Positions 63,765 to 64,000 of a stretch of DNA of 64,000 bases are shown piece after piece. Numbering within the stretch: position 1 is the stretch's first letter; each line of letters opens with the position of its first letter. Origin of the DNA: Mobula hypostoma. Its lineage: Eukaryota. The notes under the pieces were generated by a model, which was given only the letters and a program-made list of their open reading frames with translations, did not search any database and was not told the origin of the DNA. The position numbers and the translations under genes were made by a program. Where the stretch lies: the NCBI RefSeq assembly GCF_963921235.1, contig NC_086097.1, positions 249,552,001-249,616,000 on the forward strand. Reading direction: 5' to 3'.

Positions 63765-64000
63765 TTGAATCTTGAAGTGGATGGGCTACAGCAACAGGAG
63801 ACCACAAACATGCACTCCTAATAAAGTGTCCACTGTGTATATACTTTGATAATAAATTTACTTTGAACTTTGAAGAGTCATCAACAGATGACAGAATTCC
63901 ATATGAAACTCAAAAGCAATTTAGTCAAACCCAAAACCAAAGACTTGAAATCAATTAAGCAAACTACCAATACATGAGTTACTGCCTAGCTATGGTACAC

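Larger units (their letters stand above)
60080..63838 (+). mobile_element. Non-autonomous Tc1-like element split into three pieces (60080-60336, 60607-60735, 63774-63838) by two LINE insertions
   Basis: MGKK..SDFDHGMIVGA...SVSET.DL.GFS.ATISRVY paired-like HTH; continues NERGQRRMA...DRKATITQIT, then LKWMGYS.RRP and a terminal cctaataaagtg.ccactg.g+TA. Confidence 0.75.

Noticed and set aside
1..64000. CRISPR arrays, rRNA genes, prokaryotic operons, intact autonomous transposons
   Set aside because: None seen; the sequence is vertebrate intronic DNA and every element examined is truncated or disabled.

Overview
Eukaryotic, repeat-dense vertebrate DNA. The repeat repertoire (abundant CR1 LINEs, Rex1/Babar-type LINEs, Penelope-like elements, V-SINE/HE1-type SINEs) points to a cartilaginous fish, probably a ray; this is an inference. 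The ORF track misses the one host gene. Three small minus-strand exons with canonical splice sites encode the N-terminus of RECK: a signal-peptide exon (37927-37999), a 59-nt exon (23180-23238) and a 75-nt exon (124-198). Joined, they read MAYSSRLAVSLLFLVLMIFRCGAE-EASCCYQAREYPICRDVCDQ-LTSTKSEDRLKYLLQRLPGYCPESM, and the gene continues off the left edge. Its introns hold a decayed CIRBP retrocopy, two candidate cassette exons (one in frame, one with a premature stop) and many nested transposons. Other notable structure: a ~2.1 kb inversion supported by two independently broken CR1 elements, with a Penelope insertion at one breakpoint; hammerhead-ribozyme-like motifs in Penelope ends; and non-autonomous LINE and DNA-transposon derivatives. 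Exon, TSD and TIR coordinates were counted by hand; other repeat boundaries are approximate. No database searches were run.
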